This document shows, one piece after another, positions 39,018 through 52,520 of a stretch of 64,000 nucleotides of DNA. The position numbers and the translations under genes were made by a program. Under the pieces are notes generated by a model. It was not told where the DNA came from. It did no database searches and saw only the letters and a program-made list of their open reading frames with translations. The stretch comes from Ginglymostoma cirratum. Lineage: Eukaryota. Within the stretch, counting starts at the first letter, position 1, and each line of letters begins with the position of its first letter. The DNA lies in assembly GCA_024137785.1 (NCBI GenBank), contig JAHRHZ010000268.1:8037485-8101484 (forward strand). Reading direction: 5' to 3'.

Positions 39018-39319
39018 GAAAACAAAATTGCTGGAAAAGCTCAGCAGATCTGGCAGCATCTGTGAAGGAAAAAACAGAGTGACCGTTTCGGATCTGGTGA
39101 CCCTTCCTCAGAACTGATAGTGGCTGGGAAAATGTCAGTTTATATGCAGAAAATAGGCAGCTGGGTGGGGTAGGGAGTAAACAATAGGATAAGAGCCCAA
39201 AGAGAGAGAAAGACAGTTGGACAGACAAAGGAGTCGCTAATGATCAGGCTGGGAGGGTGAATAGTTGTTAATGGGGACTGTTGATGGGAACATCTGCAGT
39301 TCTTTCGGTTTTTATTTAG
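39018..39319 (-). mobile_element. PLE-derived element with hammerhead-like core and 12-bp TSD
   Basis: Minus strand CTGAGGA-agggtcaccagatcc-GAAACGGTC at 39081-39111; flanked by tggtcacagagg at 39002-39013 and 39320-39331. Confidence 0.85.
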
Positions 39320-39439
39320 TGGTCACAGAGGAAGTTGGCAACAAGGGTGGGAATTTTAAAATCTGCTTAACCAAGATCTAATATGGCTCACTGAGTGCAA
39401 GAGTGATGAATGAACATGATTTTTATTTTACTTTAAATT

Positions 39440-39610
39440 TTTCAATGAGTTCCAATGTCAGTGGAGGGGTCAGCATTTATTGCCCATCACTAATTGTCTC
39501 CAAGAAGCTTGAACTACTGTAGTCCATGTGGTGCAGGGACACCCATAGTGCTGATAGGAAAGGTGTTCCAGGATTTTGACCCAGCAACATGGCAATATCT
39601 TTCCAAGTTG
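39440..39610 (-). mobile_element. 3' end fragment of the CR1/L2-group LINE
   Basis: cagcatttattgcccatcactaattg..ctgtagtccatgtggtgcag..ccaggattttgacccag is the reverse complement of the 29950-30080 region. Confidence 0.75.
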
Positions 39611-40475
39611 GATGATAAGTAGTTTGGGCGGGTGCTTGCACAAGATGTTTCATCAGCAGACGTGTATGAACTCTGATAAAATCGAGAGTCTGGGCCTGAC
39701 CTAATGAGAACAAAAGTGGAGAAAATCCAGTTCCAAAGAAGAGATATAATGTCCACACGGTTTTTCACTCTACAGGTACTGCCATATCTCCTGAGATTTT
39801 CTAGCTCTTTGTTTTTCTTGCAAAAGTGAGGCCCTGCTTAGCTTTGGAGACACTGAAACACATGATTTATCTTGCACAAGTTTAGCTTCAGTGTTTCAGC
39901 TAAAGCCACTTTGTACTGACCTAAAATCTGAAATAAAGTGTTCAAGGTGATTCTATTTATCACAGTGACTCCTGTAGGAGTTGTGCTCCCAGCTACTCTT
40001 TTACTTTGGATGGACTATTGATAAAGCTGTGGATATTAGCAGAGAAGAAATGTGTACGATTTTTATGCTCCTATGTTCAGGGCTTGATACCTGAAGTCTC
40101 AAAAGACTTGAGTGACATATTTAACTGCTGTGTCGGGAAAGCATAGGTCAAATAACATTGAAAAATTGAAGCCTATACTGTTGTTCTTTTGTTTGCTTCT
40201 ATGGATTTAGTTATATTGAATTTTGAAATTGAAATTCTTTCATATTATTTCTGTAACTCTGATTTGGAAGGTCGGTATCGTGATTTCTTTGTTCAAAAGT
40301 CCATTGTATCATGCACTATATACCTTCAAATTCTCAGACAGAAAATCATATTTTATATAAATACCTTGTGCTGTACTGGCTACATGTAGTGTTCATTATT
40401 ACTTTCATAATGGTATTAAATGCAGACTATTGCAATGCCAGTCTCTCTCAGCCAAGTGCAAGGTAGGAACATGAG

Positions 40476-40777
40476 GTGGCACGGCGGCTCAGTGCTGCCT
40501 CACAGCGCCAGGGACCCGGGTTTGATTCCACCCTCGGGCAACTTTCTGTGTGGAGTTTGCACATTTTCCCTGTGTCTGCGTGGGTTTCCTCCAGGTGCTC
40601 TGGTTTCCTCCCACAGTCCAAAGATGTGCAGGCTAGGTGGATTGGACATGCTAAATTGTCTGTAGTGTCAGGGGTGTGTAGATTAAGTGGGTTAGAGAGG
40701 GATTGGTCTGGGTGTGATGCTTAGCATGGACTTGTTGGGTGGAAGGGCCTGTTTCCACACTGAAGGGATTCTATGAT
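40476..40777 (+). mobile_element. HE1-type V-SINE
   Basis: gtggcacggcggctcagtgctgcctcacagcgccagggacccggg..gtgtctgcgtgggtttcctccaggtgctc..gggattctatgat. Confidence 0.95.
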
Positions 40778-42057
40778 AAGACCTGAGCTTTTGGGGGAAG
40801 GAATTTGAGGTTGTCCATTGATTCTGTATAGCTTTAAATTCTAGTGCATTTAAGGCAGACTGTACAGCACTGGCGCATCAGCCTCCTCATATCAAGGGGC
40901 ATGTCTGGCAGAGTTCCCCAGTTACTTGTGGAAATATTTCCATTACGTCTGAAATGAGCATCAGTGGAGTCAATGTCACTGAGCTGGTATAGGCCCCATT
41001 GAGGCTCTGAGGAAGTCCGACACTATTATTCAGGGAAAGTCACTACTCCAGGTAGACATACAGAGTTCAGCTCTGAAACATCAGCACGATTCTGCTGTAG
41101 TTGACATGACGAACTTCTTTTTGTCATCTTCTGAACCATTCTATAATCTGTTTCATTGCTTTTATTTTTTAAATGTTTTTGTATAGTCCGAACTTTACCT
41201 TGTATTTCGTTTTTCCCATCCTTTGTTATAGGCACTTATTAAAACATGATTGTCTTTCCTTTATTCTAACAGCTTCAGTTATCTTGCCTATTATCCACAG
41301 ATTTTTCCATTGAATTCTCGAGACTAATCCATTTCACTGGCGCTCAACCTAATACTTATGTTGATCTGTTTTCTTTACTTTCCCGTTCCCTATCCTGAAC
41401 CATCTGACATTCGGTTCGCTACTCCCCAATTGCTCGCCCACAGAACTTCCCACAAAATATTTTCCTGTTCCGTGTTTGATCAAGCCTTCACTTCTAGTCT
41501 GAGATGTTGATTCATGCAACAGTCCCTCGGTGCATCCAGAAATTAAAGACTCTTTTCAGAACTAGCCTTGCCTGTACTCTGTTAGTTATTCGGATGTTTA
41601 AAATCCATTCCCCACCACTGCCAAAACATCCCTCCTTATTAATATACAACTTGTGCTGAATGTCTTCCTCAATCCCTTGTGGAGTAAAAGTAACTCTAAT
41701 GTACTGCAGCAAATTCCCATCAGCAGTTTTTCTTTTCCCCGTGTTTCCTTGATTTAATTACATTCAGAGTGATTCAATCTCCCCTGAGCCCTCTTTGAAG
41801 TAGCACATTTTGTGTTTTTCTTATACTGCAACTCCTCCTCCTTCATGCCGACATTTACCTCTTACAGTCAGTAACTGCACTTCTAGTGTCTCTGTTCTTC
41901 AGCCATCCCTTCCCCACACCCTGGTGTGATGTCCTCACATCTTGTGTACTCAAACCCTACTTCCTTTCTGAATCACCGTTTCTGCTGTTGGACTGCAAGC
42001 AGTTGAGATGAACTGTTTAGGTTTTTGAAAGCAACTATTATTATTTGTAAAGGATAT

Positions 42058-42411
42058 AGAATCATAGCATCTCTACAGGTGTGGAATAAAGCCATTCGGC
42101 CCATCGAGTTCACACTGACCCTCCAAACAGCATCCTACCCAGATCCACACCCCGTACCCTACCCCAGCAGCCCTGCATTTCCCATGACCAATCCACCTAA
42201 CCTGCACATCCCTGGACACTCTGCGCAATTTAGCATGGCCAATCCACCTAACCTGCACATGTTTGGACCATGGGAGGAAACTGGAGAAAACCCATGCAGA
42301 CACGGGGAGAATGTGCAAACAACACACAGACAGTCACTCAAGGCTGGATTTGAACCAGGGTCCGTGGTGCTGTGAGGCAGCAGTGTAAGCCACTGAGCCA
42401 ACATGCTGCCC
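42058..42411 (-). mobile_element. HE1-type V-SINE, full length
   Basis: Reverse complement of the copy at 40476, with the internal aatccacctaacctgcacat duplication. Confidence 0.95.
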
Positions 42412-42559
42412 GTATTGATAAACCTTATTCATAACATATCAAAATATGTACTCTAACAAGTTTCAAATTGGACATTGTGGAAAATGCAACAAAATACAAC
42501 TTTACTCCACCGAACTTGTAGCAGTCCTAATTGCCTCAGTCCAATTGTAACACCTGTGA

Positions 42560-43150
42560 TGTTTCACATAGATACAGTCACTGGCAAAAGTACTGCCTGA
42601 GGGCTTCTGTAAGTTAACAGCCTCTCGACACACTGTGGCTAAAAGGTCTGAGGGTGCGAGCTTCCATTGGATTTCTGCAGCAGCGGCCCCAAGCTTTAGT
42701 GTGTCCGCAATACATAGGCCCGGGCCTCGGAATGTATTCATCTGCAAATTCTCGTAGGAAAGATCTTCTTTTTCTGAAAGACCAGCAAGCCTCGGGCAGC
42801 CAATGAGAGTCTTTCACCAAGTTGATGGTCTTCCAGATGCAGATGACGTTTGAATCAGAATATGTCCCAGGGAGCAGAACGTAGAGTTCTGCATCATGGA
42901 AGAGTTTGGGATCGGCCGTGTTGAAAAGCACTGCCTCTTCCTCCAAACCTTCTTTGCAAAGGTGCATACCAGAAGGAAGTGGAGGACAGTGTCTCCCTCA
43001 CCACCAGCTGAACTACATCCTCGTATTTCTTTGTCAGTTCGGACAAGGACGTGTTCTGCGAACTAACTTTCCATTGTCTGTTTGGGGAAGCATTCAACGA
43101 GATCTACCATCTCCTTCCGCAGGCCTTCAAAGAAGTCAAGTGCTGACCAT
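42560..43150 (-). mobile_element. Tx1/L1-group retrotransposon ORF2 C-terminal fragment, frameshifted
   Basis: LYVLLPGTYSDSNVICIWKTINLVKDSHW..DTLKLGAAAA across several frames; homologous to 12027-12780. Confidence 0.75.
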
Positions 43151-43764
43151 TGCCACTGATTTAAAAAGCACAAATTCCCAATGACTACTTGTTGGCCAGT
43201 GAGTGCACTGCAGTGATAACAGCAGTGTGTTTTGGTAATAACCGTAGTAATTGCTGGGCATTTTCTTGAAAGTTTTAAGTCATCCAATCAATCTGTTGTG
43301 TTTTCAATCGCCAATATTTATATTAATAGTTGAAAGTGAAATCCATCTTTGATACTTGAGGGCTCCAGGATGGAGCTCGTGGCAGGGTTATTCCAGGGAG
43401 CTCTCACGTCTCTGTTCTCTCTGTCATGGCAGCTTCATCCTGGAACTAAATCTTGCATACCCATGTGCAGGCAGAGTTGCATGGCTGTAATTTTGGTGCA
43501 ATACTGGCTGTGCTATTCAGAACTAAATCTCTTACGTGTAACATTTGCTCTGTCAATATCTAGCTGCAACGTTTCAAATGTTGAGCTTTCAGGAAGTGTC
43601 ACACTTTAGATTATGTGTTTTTAGAACAAAGTCTCAGTGGCACAGCCTGACTAAAATAGAGTGATGCGTAAAACCTGCAAGAATAAGTGACTCTTATACA
43701 GCATAACTAACTGTTATTAACATCAAAAAGAGATGCTATATCGCTGGGTGAAAGTGCAGGAGCT

Positions 43765-43875
43765 CCGTCCTTACAGCATTGTGGAGCTACCTATAGCACA
43801 TGGACTACAGCCGTTTAAGAAGTTAGCTCATCATCACCTTCTGAAGGGCAGATAAATGCTGGCCCATCCCATCAT
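43765..43875 (+). mobile_element. 3' end fragment of the CR1/L2-group LINE
   Basis: cagcattgtgg..catggactacagccgtttaagaagttagctcatcatcaccttctgaagggca..ataaatgctggcc. Confidence 0.7.
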
Positions 43876-44949
43876 ATCGTTAGTCCTCCAATTCCTCTTC
43901 ACTGTCTTCCATGCTGCACCTCACTGGGGCAGTGTACTGGAAATCAAGTCCCACTATTCTCAGATTTGTTGCCAACATCAAATAGTTTAAAACTGTCTGC
44001 AAAGTTCTCCAATTATTATTTATCTTTTGGACCCAGGTCAATAGAAAGCATGGACCAAGTTTATGTACTTAACAAGATTCACCATTATTTACAAATAAAT
44101 AGATTCTAACTATAAACAAATAATAATGAACAGTTAACACATAAGTTTACTAGTTAAAATGCTAACCCACAGATAATCTCCCCATCTACACATGCGTACA
44201 GACAGGGAAAAATAAATGTAGTGTTCTGGACAGATGAAAGGAACTGGAAGGCAGTTTAATGGTCCCTGCCTACAGGTTTAGTTGACATGTCTCTTTACGC
44301 ATGAAAGGACTTGCTGCTGCTCGATTTTCCTTCACTGAGTATGTTCACTTGCTTGCAGAAGGTATAAAGTGACTGGTTCACCCTTATAATATCTTCGACT
44401 TATTGGTTAAGTCCGCCGTTGGTTAAGGGCCACCATTTACAGTACCTGATGAGGAAAAATAAACATAGCTTTCGTCAAGTTTGGGTGGTTTCTAGAAGTG
44501 AAACAAAACACAGCTTCTTCCTTTCTGGAGGTCCAGTAGCTCTAACCCAAACATTCACACCTGCAAGCTGTTTGGCTGCCAGGTAGCCAATCGCACGGTT
44601 ATTGGTAGGCAGATAGTCTTTGTCATTGACATTTTCCAAACCCATCAGCTACTTGTTGCCAGCCGAATCTCCCTTTGTATACACTCCTGGCTCTGCCGCA
44701 TCTCTGGTAACGTCCCCCACTGCTTGAACTGCAGTCTAAAAGGCACTTGAAATGAGTGTCAGATAACTCGCTTATAAAAAGTACAGAAATGCTTTCCACA
44801 AGCATTTGTTTTAAAGTAGTCCTTTCCCCAATTCAGTCCATAATCAAAAATACTTAAAAATGAAAAAGGTAGAGTCTTTATATTCGAGATGAGTGGAACT
44901 GCATTCACTTTGATCCATTCCTAAATTCATTTATAACCAGAGAATCATC

Positions 44950-46160
44950 ATGATTACAATCGGCTTGACTCCCCAACCACCTCTTCTAATGTCGTCCACT
45001 ATCCCTAAATTCTCAGAATGCTCATCCAGAAATGAGTACTATCAGTCATTTCTTTGAAATAATGATTGGGAAGACCAAAGCAATTGTCTCCAGCACACTG
45101 TCTCTTTGGTTACCACTAACTCTGTGCAGCTCTTTTGCAACCATCCAAATCTCAATGAGACAATTCAAAATCTTGGTTGTGAATTCAATCCTGAGATGAA
45201 TTTCCAAGTACATACCTACACAATCACAGAATCCCGATAGTGTAGAAACAGGCCCTTCGGCCCAACAAGTCCACACTGACCCTTGGAGCATCCTACCGAG
45301 GCCCATCCCCCTAAAACCCACCTAATCTACACATCCCTGAACACTACGGGCAATTTAGCATGGCCAATCCACCTTTGGATTGCACATCTTTGGACTGTGG
45401 GAGGAAACCAGAGCACCTGGAGGAAACCCACGCAGACACAGGGAGAATGTGCAAACTCCACACAGACAGTCACCCAAGGGGGGGAGTTGAACCCAGGTCC
45501 CTGGCGCCATGAGGCAGCAGTGCTAACCACTGAGCCACTGTGCCAACAAGTATGCTTCTGTCAACCTTGGTTACTTGGTGTGGCTCTGCTTTTTCCTCAT
45601 CATATGCTGCTGAAGCTCTCGTCCATGCCTGTATTACCTCCAGACTTGACAGTTCTAATGTTTTTCTGATCTGCCTTCCAGCTTTTGCCTATATACTGGA
45701 GCTCTTTCAAAACCCTGCTGTCATCAACTTGCACCAAATCCCATTCAGCCATCGGCCCTTTGTTGGCTGCGCTACATCGGCTCCCACTTCAGTAACACTC
45801 CAGTTTTATAATCCTCATCTTTATTTCTGAATCCCTCCCTGTCCTCATCCTTTCCTTTCCAATCTTAAAACATTATGAAATCCTGATGCTCCTCCAGCTC
45901 TGGCCTCAGCATGGTCCACTGCTTTAATTGTGTCATAAGCTCTGTGATTCTTTCCCTAAACCCCTCTCTCTCTCTTTCTCTCTCTCCAACTCTCTCCACT
46001 TCTCTCAGTTTTAAAAGATACCTAACTGACCAAGCTATTAATCATGTCCCACTGTATCTCCTTTTGTAACTTAGTGTCAGATTGTGCTTAGGAATGCTCG
46101 GATGAAACATCTTCAGGCATTTCATTACATTAGAGATATTACATAAATTAAAGCTGTTGT
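44950..46160 (+). mobile_element. L2 LINE 3' portion, decayed, with a nested HE1 SINE
   Basis: IGKTKAIV and AAEALVHACITSRLDSSN..LP (L2 motif AETLIHAF.TSRLDY.N); tail cattagagatattacataaat. Confidence 0.8.
45222..45544 (-). mobile_element. HE1-type V-SINE inserted in L2
   Basis: gaatcccgatagtgtagaaacaggcccttcggcccaacaagtcc..gcagcagtgctaaccactgagccactgtgcc. Confidence 0.95.
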
Positions 46161-48136
46161 TGGGCTTGAACCTAGGTCACGCTGCAATGAACTGTCAGGT
46201 ACAAAAATGTTTCAATAAATAAAAATTAACGCTGAACCCACTTTTACCTCCTTTTCCCTTTACTGACCTTGTATTTTAGTTTCTTAAACTGATAACTTGA
46301 AACATGCTGAGCTACAGAAAGGCTGACAGGGGGATTTCGAATTACCATGTGTGCTTTGATTCAGAAAATGGAGTAAAAAGGAACCAGCAGTGTAAGAGAG
46401 CTATCCAGAAGGATAAATGTTTGACTGGCTTAAACAGATCAAATTCTAAGCATATGAACATATTTGACAGTGCAAGACATTCACGTTAGCATTTTACTGC
46501 ATCAAAATGCAGAACTTGGGCCTAAAGACAAGAGTACTGAGAAATGTTTTGCCTGTGGTATATTTTTAACGTTAAAAATATACAATAAACCATTTAAAAG
46601 TTTTTTTTTAGCAAATGCAATTGAATTCATGATTCAGAATCTGACTGAGTGGGAAAGTTTTGATTCCTTAAGCAGTAAATGCCTGAAAGCAGAGATGTCC
46701 CAGGATCAAGCTATTGTCTGCGGTAGCTCACAAGCCAAGTGTGAGTTATTTTCTCCCACTGCCGACTCTCCTCCCCACATTTTCATAGAAGTTGTCATTG
46801 TGCAGACTACTTTAGAGTCAGACGTGCACTAGGAGTCCATCAACAGGGGATTTTTTTTTCCACTGGTTATTTTGAGTAGGGTATTAATGTGGCGTGAAAG
46901 CAGTTTTAAGCTATGGGCCCCTTTCTCAGCCAGCAGGAGTGCTATCTGGACCAAGTTCCCTGCTGTGAGATTGGCACTAATGGTGCGATCAGTTAAATTC
47001 AGGATCAGCCAAAATTTTATTCTTTATCTGAATACTGTGCCGTCGAAAACAAGAGCAAATCTGACAGCTGTACTGGGCTGTTCACATTCCTTCAGAAGGG
47101 ATTTGAGCAGAGACTGCAGGTTTGAACAAAGCCTTTTGAAACTGCACAGGATCGTTGGGAGGTTGAATGCCTTTGCTTGTCATATATAAAAAAAACACCC
47201 AATGGTTTTAAATCTGTGACGGTGGCAACTCGAGCTCAGCTGCCCCTGTTAACCAGATTGAAATGCTGCAGTGAAAGCAGAAGCTGCTGTGCAGGTCCAT
47301 TTTATAAAACCTTTTAGAGGAAGCGATTGCAAAATTGCAGTCCCAAGGATTAAAAAGATGGTTTAATTTCCCTTAAATTTCACTTAATCATATCTGGTAT
47401 CACAAGAAGAGAGAGTATCGATGAGAAGTATTCAATAAAGTTGAATGAAAGGATTCAATGCAGTTGTTTAACTATGAAATTTTCTTCTCTCTGTTCTCTC
47501 CTTTCTGACGTCTATGTCTGGGTTACTTTTAATGTCCAGTCTGTTGTCCCAGCTAAGATCAACACACGTAAAAGAACATAGGGGACAAATGGGGGACTTT
47601 GTCATTGATTGTGACTCAGCTGCTCCCTGAATTGGCTCTGTGCAATGTTCAGGGGCATAGTACGTACTTTCGTTGATCAAAGGAAATGTTGAGAGGTTTC
47701 CTTCAAATTTTTTTTTTAGAAATGAGAGGTTTTTTAATAGAAATCCTTCCCTTCCATAAAGATCGTGTCCTTTACCAAACCCTCACCTGTCAAAAACACA
47801 ATTTAATTTAGTCCCATAAGGTGACAATATAGATTGATCTGTAGTTGCACAGTCTAAAATCAAACCCCATCCCCACACCCTGCAACACCAGTTGCAATGC
47901 TGATGCAAATACGGAAAGTAAGCTTAGCTGGTTTATTCATCGTGCATTCCAAGCATGGCACAATTGAAGGGGTGACTATGAGTAAAAAATACAAAGCTCA
48001 ATTATGTGAGATACGTGCAGACTTTGGTATAATATGCATTAGGGATCTTTGGTGTTAATCTCACATGCACCAAGACCCATGCTAATAACTGTTTGAGCTT
48101 TTCACTGGCTTGCTGAATTATTTATTTGAAACATTT

Positions 48137-48221
48137 GAAATAAACCTGTTGGACTATAACGTGGTGCCATGTGATTTCTGACCTTGTTCACCCCAGTCCA
48201 ACACCGGCACCTCCACATCAT
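48137..48221 (+). mobile_element. Short terminal fragment of a common shark repeat (probably a second Penelope-like family)
   Basis: aaataaacctgttggactataac..ccccagtccaacaccggcacctccacatcat with internal inverted tgttggact/agtccaaca; family assignment from memory. Confidence 0.6.
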
Positions 48222-48979
48222 GGTTTCCCTTTGGAAGGCAGTTTGTAATCCAGCAGAAGGCAGGGCTGTAATTCATCCAGTATCCTTTTATCTTGTTCAG
48301 GACAGGCCAGCTGTTTGTTGCTTTGCTTCTGCGGTTCCTAGGAGGAATGCCCATTGTTGTGTTTGGAGGTGTAGGGAAACTTTGCATAATTCCAAACCCA
48401 TGCTCCCACAGTAACTTGCATGGAAATGCCAAAGCAATAAAGTTATGGAAAATCTGCCCAACTGCTGGGCATGTTACATTGAAAGGAATCTGAATGTATC
48501 ACAGAAAATGGTGTGAAACACAACATGAAACAGTCACAGTGAGGTGCATCAGACAAATCGCAGGGAAGGGAGGCAGAGATTTCATGGATCCCACTTGAGT
48601 CAAAAAAAACCACATCATAGACATGCTCAACTTTTAGAAGCAGAGAAAAAAACTTGATATTTGATTACATTGAATAGCAAGTCTGAAAGGGTGTTGTGAA
48701 TATTGTCTGCCTGACTATAACTGGCTTGTGCAGAAATAAAGAGATTTAAGTTCATGCTTTATATTTTTGTTAACTCGGACAAGTCATCTGCTCATAGTCT
48801 TGGCTTTTAGAGGCAAACATGTATTAGTTTGGAATAAATAATTCTTCTGCAGTCCCATCGATATTGCAGAATGGTTTCCAACAGTGTTTTAATTCAGCAG
48901 TAAGCTGGTACATTTGCAATTATTTAGATGTCTGCCATGCCATTCACTTTGATAAGTGCTGAAATATGCTTGATGGCAT

Positions 48980-49111
48980 CGAATGGAATCGAGGGTTATG
49001 GGGATAAGGCAGGAACAGGATACTGATTGTGGATGATCAGCCATGATCATAATGAATGGTGGTGCTGGCTCGAAGGGCAGAATGGCCTACTCCTGCACCT
49101 ATTGTCTATTG
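48980..49111 (+). mobile_element. CR1 3' end
   Basis: gagggttatgggga..gatcagccatgatcataatgaatggtggtgctggctcgaagggcagaatggcctactcctgc. Confidence 0.88.
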
Positions 49112-50479
49112 AATGGACTGGACTAACAAAACAGATGGTGTAAAAGGAGATGCAAGCCTTTCAGTCAACAGTAGGCCATATTGATTCCCTCTGCCCACAG
49201 CTGAAGGGTCATTGATGTGGTGCCTTTAGCGGAGGCCAAAGTTCCATGGTCGTCACTGCTTCTGATGGCAAAAGTAACAACCACTAACTTCAGTGGTCTC
49301 TGCTACAGCCGAGATTGTTGGGCACCACTGCTTAGCGCGCTTACTCGGCTGCTCATTTAAAGTTTCAGGCCAATAATAAATTTGTGCCAAGTACATGAAT
49401 ATGCTCAGATCCAAATTTAATAGACTCGATAAAATTTAGAATCCAGCAGCAGCAGCAGCAGATTTTTTTTTCCCATGTCTTTATTGCATGAATTACTTCA
49501 ACACACTTGAGTTTCTGAGCCCTAAAGGAACTGAGTCTGGCAATAATAATGAGAAAAAAGCCCAAATTATGACATGCACTTTTAAGGAACACAATTAAAT
49601 AATTGGTTTCATTAGCTTTCTCTAGAGAAAATCTATTACCTTAGGCCATCAAAAGAATGATCTTCTGCCTGCCCGTCAGAAGAAAGATTTTTGAAGTCTT
49701 TCTGTTAGCTTATACCTGTGTGATTAAAGCCTGTGGTTCTCTCATCTGTCAAACAGCAGCAAGGTTATATCTCTTTAATAGCAGTCAGTCATCTGTGTCA
49801 GTAGCCAGAGGCTGCAGGAGCAGAGGGGATTGCATTCACCCCAGTCACATCAGTAGCTTTCTCCTTCAGTTCCCTACTATCAACAGCATTCTTCATTAAA
49901 ATCCAAACTGCTTTCCCCACATTTTCAATAAACTGGCACTGGTTTCTGGAGGGAGCTCCTGTAAAGTTCAGTTGAATGACCAGCAGTTTGTTGTGAAGAA
50001 GACTTTTGCACCAAACAAGATTGGGTAGCAATTTGCAATACCCACCTGTTAGTGATCTGCGTAGTTTAAAAACAGTGTAGTTTTCCTTTGGAAGGGTCTC
50101 ACCACTGATTGCAGTGTCCTTTTGTTCAGTCTTGAATTGTTTTCATGGTCTCCCAGGACCTTTTGGCCCTCCCAGATTCTCACTTGCAGGTGGTCCTGTT
50201 TATAAGTACACTGCTTTGATCCTAATGTCGGAATTCACTGGGTTTGTCTGGCTCCTGACACTTGATCCTAGTGTTCGCTGACTTGAGGTGGATGAAGCCA
50301 CGTTCCAAGTAACATCAACATTCTTAAAAGCCCAGTGGCGAGGAGACTAGTTGATGCAATGGTCTGTCCTTCCACCCCTTGGATCAAGAGTTTAATACCA
50401 AGTCAAGCTGAGAATTTTATGCTCTTCTTTATGCTCTGGGGCCCAAAGTTACTGAGATTACGGCGTTAACATCACTGAA

Positions 50480-51080
50480 TTCCCCCCTTTCGATATCCTT
50501 GTGGTTACAATTGAACAGAAACTGAACTAGTCATATAAGCACTACAGCAGATCAAAGCTAGTAATCTCGCAGTGCGTAACTCACCTCCCAACTCCTCAAA
50601 AGGCTATTCACCATCTACAAAGCACAAGTCAGAGCGTGATGGAATACTCCCCACTTGCAGCTCCAACGATACTTAAACTTGACATCATTCCAGACAAAGC
50701 AGCCACTGGATTAGCACCAGATCCTTAAATATTCACTCCCTCTAACACCGATGAGCAGTAGCAGCAATGTGGACTATCTATAAGATCCACTGCAGAAATT
50801 CACAAAGGCTCTTTAGAGAGCACTATTCAAACCCATGACTACTACCATCTAGAAGGGCAGCAGATACATTGAAACACTACTGCCTGCAAGTTCCCATTAC
50901 CATTGCTTCAGTGCCACTGGGTCAGCATTCTAGAACTCTCTCCGTGTCAGCTCTGTAAGTTTGCCGACAGCACATGGACTGCAGCATTTCAAGTAGGTAA
51001 CACATTACCACCTTCAGAAGGGCAACTAGGGATGGACAATAAGTACTAGCCCAGCCGGTGACTCCCATATCCTGATAGTG
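50480..51080 (+). mobile_element. Second copy (3' part) of the CR1/L2-group LINE
   Basis: Colinear with 29450-30118 (catctacaaagcacaagtcag, gcagcaatgtggactatctataagatccactgcagaaattcac, gggcaactagggatggacaataa). Confidence 0.88.
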
Positions 51081-52424
51081 AAAATCAAACATAAATAATA
51101 TTGTGAATAATACCCCTTAGTCTATGTTGTCAGTGGGCAGCCATTTTTGAAATGATTTTGATGTAGTTCCATTTACTGTTTTTACCTTTATCCCTTTACT
51201 CTGCCATGCCTGCACAAGTGTAAAGTCAGGGTTTTATACTCATGGTTTTGTGATTCAGGTAAGTAAAACATCCAGAATATCATGTTTTGCATTCCAATAC
51301 CTTGAATAATCAGAAAAATACAGGGACAGGAGTAAGCCAGTCAGCTCTGTAAGGCAGTTCAATCAAGTGTCAGTTCAAATTCACGATTCCAAATTGACAT
51401 TAAAAACAGAAATTTCTGGAAGAGCTCAGCAGCTGTCTGCAGAGAGAGAATTTCAGTTAAGGTTGTTGATCTTTCTGGAAGGTGCTATAGATGAACAGCC
51501 TTCAACTAAATGGAGTAGCAGGTACAAAAGGACAGGACCGATGATGGTTCACAGCCACAGAGATGATAGTGGATCAAATGTATGAGCAAAAGATGGATCA
51601 AGACGAGCTGGAAGTGGCCACACAGGTTGAGAGAAGCTTAGAAAAGCTGACAAACTCGCAAAGTTTCTGGTGGCCCAGAAATGTTACAGAAGAAAAGTCT
51701 GTGGATTCCAGGTGTGCACACCATCAGTCAGGTAGCTATACTGAATCTCCACCCTAATTTCACTCTTCATTGAAAATTTAACAATAGTGGTTTAGCTCAA
51801 GTTGCGCTGCTTCATAAAATGCCCACCAAAGCTCATTGTTCCTTTGCAGAAAGTGCCGTGTGCCTTTACGCAGTGAAACCACATGAAACAAAACTGCATA
51901 ACCCAATATCTCACATGAACTGTATTGTTTGAGGTGATTTTCTCAGCGTTCTGGCTTTCTGCTCTTTGGAAGCAATCATCCATTTTAAATGTAACTCTAA
52001 GTTGATCATTGCATCGTGAGAGCAGTCTTTGGTTTTGCACAGGATATCTGCAATGTTCTTCTGTCTAGTCTTCCATCTGCACCAACTCCAACGATCTTCC
52101 TCACTTCCCTTTGCCCTTTGAAAGTCCAAAGTTGCTTGAGGGAAAGTCATGATGGTATTTGTGAAGGTGTTCGAGGGAGCCATTGAAAATGCCATTTCAT
52201 ATTCTGGTTGGGAAAGAGAGCTTGGGTGGTCAGGCGTTCAGTGGGACAGGCAATCATAGAATCAGTGAAGGGATGGAGGACTTTGGAAAGGGCAAGGAAA
52301 ACATTGAGGTACAGGAAATCTACAGAAAGGCTGATGTTCCCCCACTTTACCAGGCTAGAGCCTGTGAAAGCCAAGGAACAGGATAAAATGCAGCTGAGGA
52401 AATTAAATTGATATTATTCTCGAA

Positions 52425-52520
52425 GCAACCTGTTCACAGATGTTCTTACACACCTCTGGAGCAGGTGGGTCTTGAACCCCGGCCTCCTGGCTCAGAGATA
52501 GGGATACTGCCACTGCACCA
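52425..52520 (-). mobile_element. Short tRNA-derived SINE
   Basis: Minus strand tggtgcagtggcagtatccctatctctgagccaggaggccggggttcaagacccacc has A- and B-box-like motifs but no intact cloverleaf 3' end. Confidence 0.75.

Noticed and set aside
42502-43287. Overlapping protein-like minus-strand ORFs as exons
   Set aside because: They join by frameshifts into a Tx1/L1-like ORF2 C-terminus, with a second copy at 12.0-12.8 kb.
51480-52411. Purine-rich short ORFs as coding exons
   Set aside because: No consistent splice signals or recognisable homology, and stops in all frames.
52460-52520. tRNA gene
   Set aside because: It has A/B boxes but no acceptor-stem closure; it is a SINE head.
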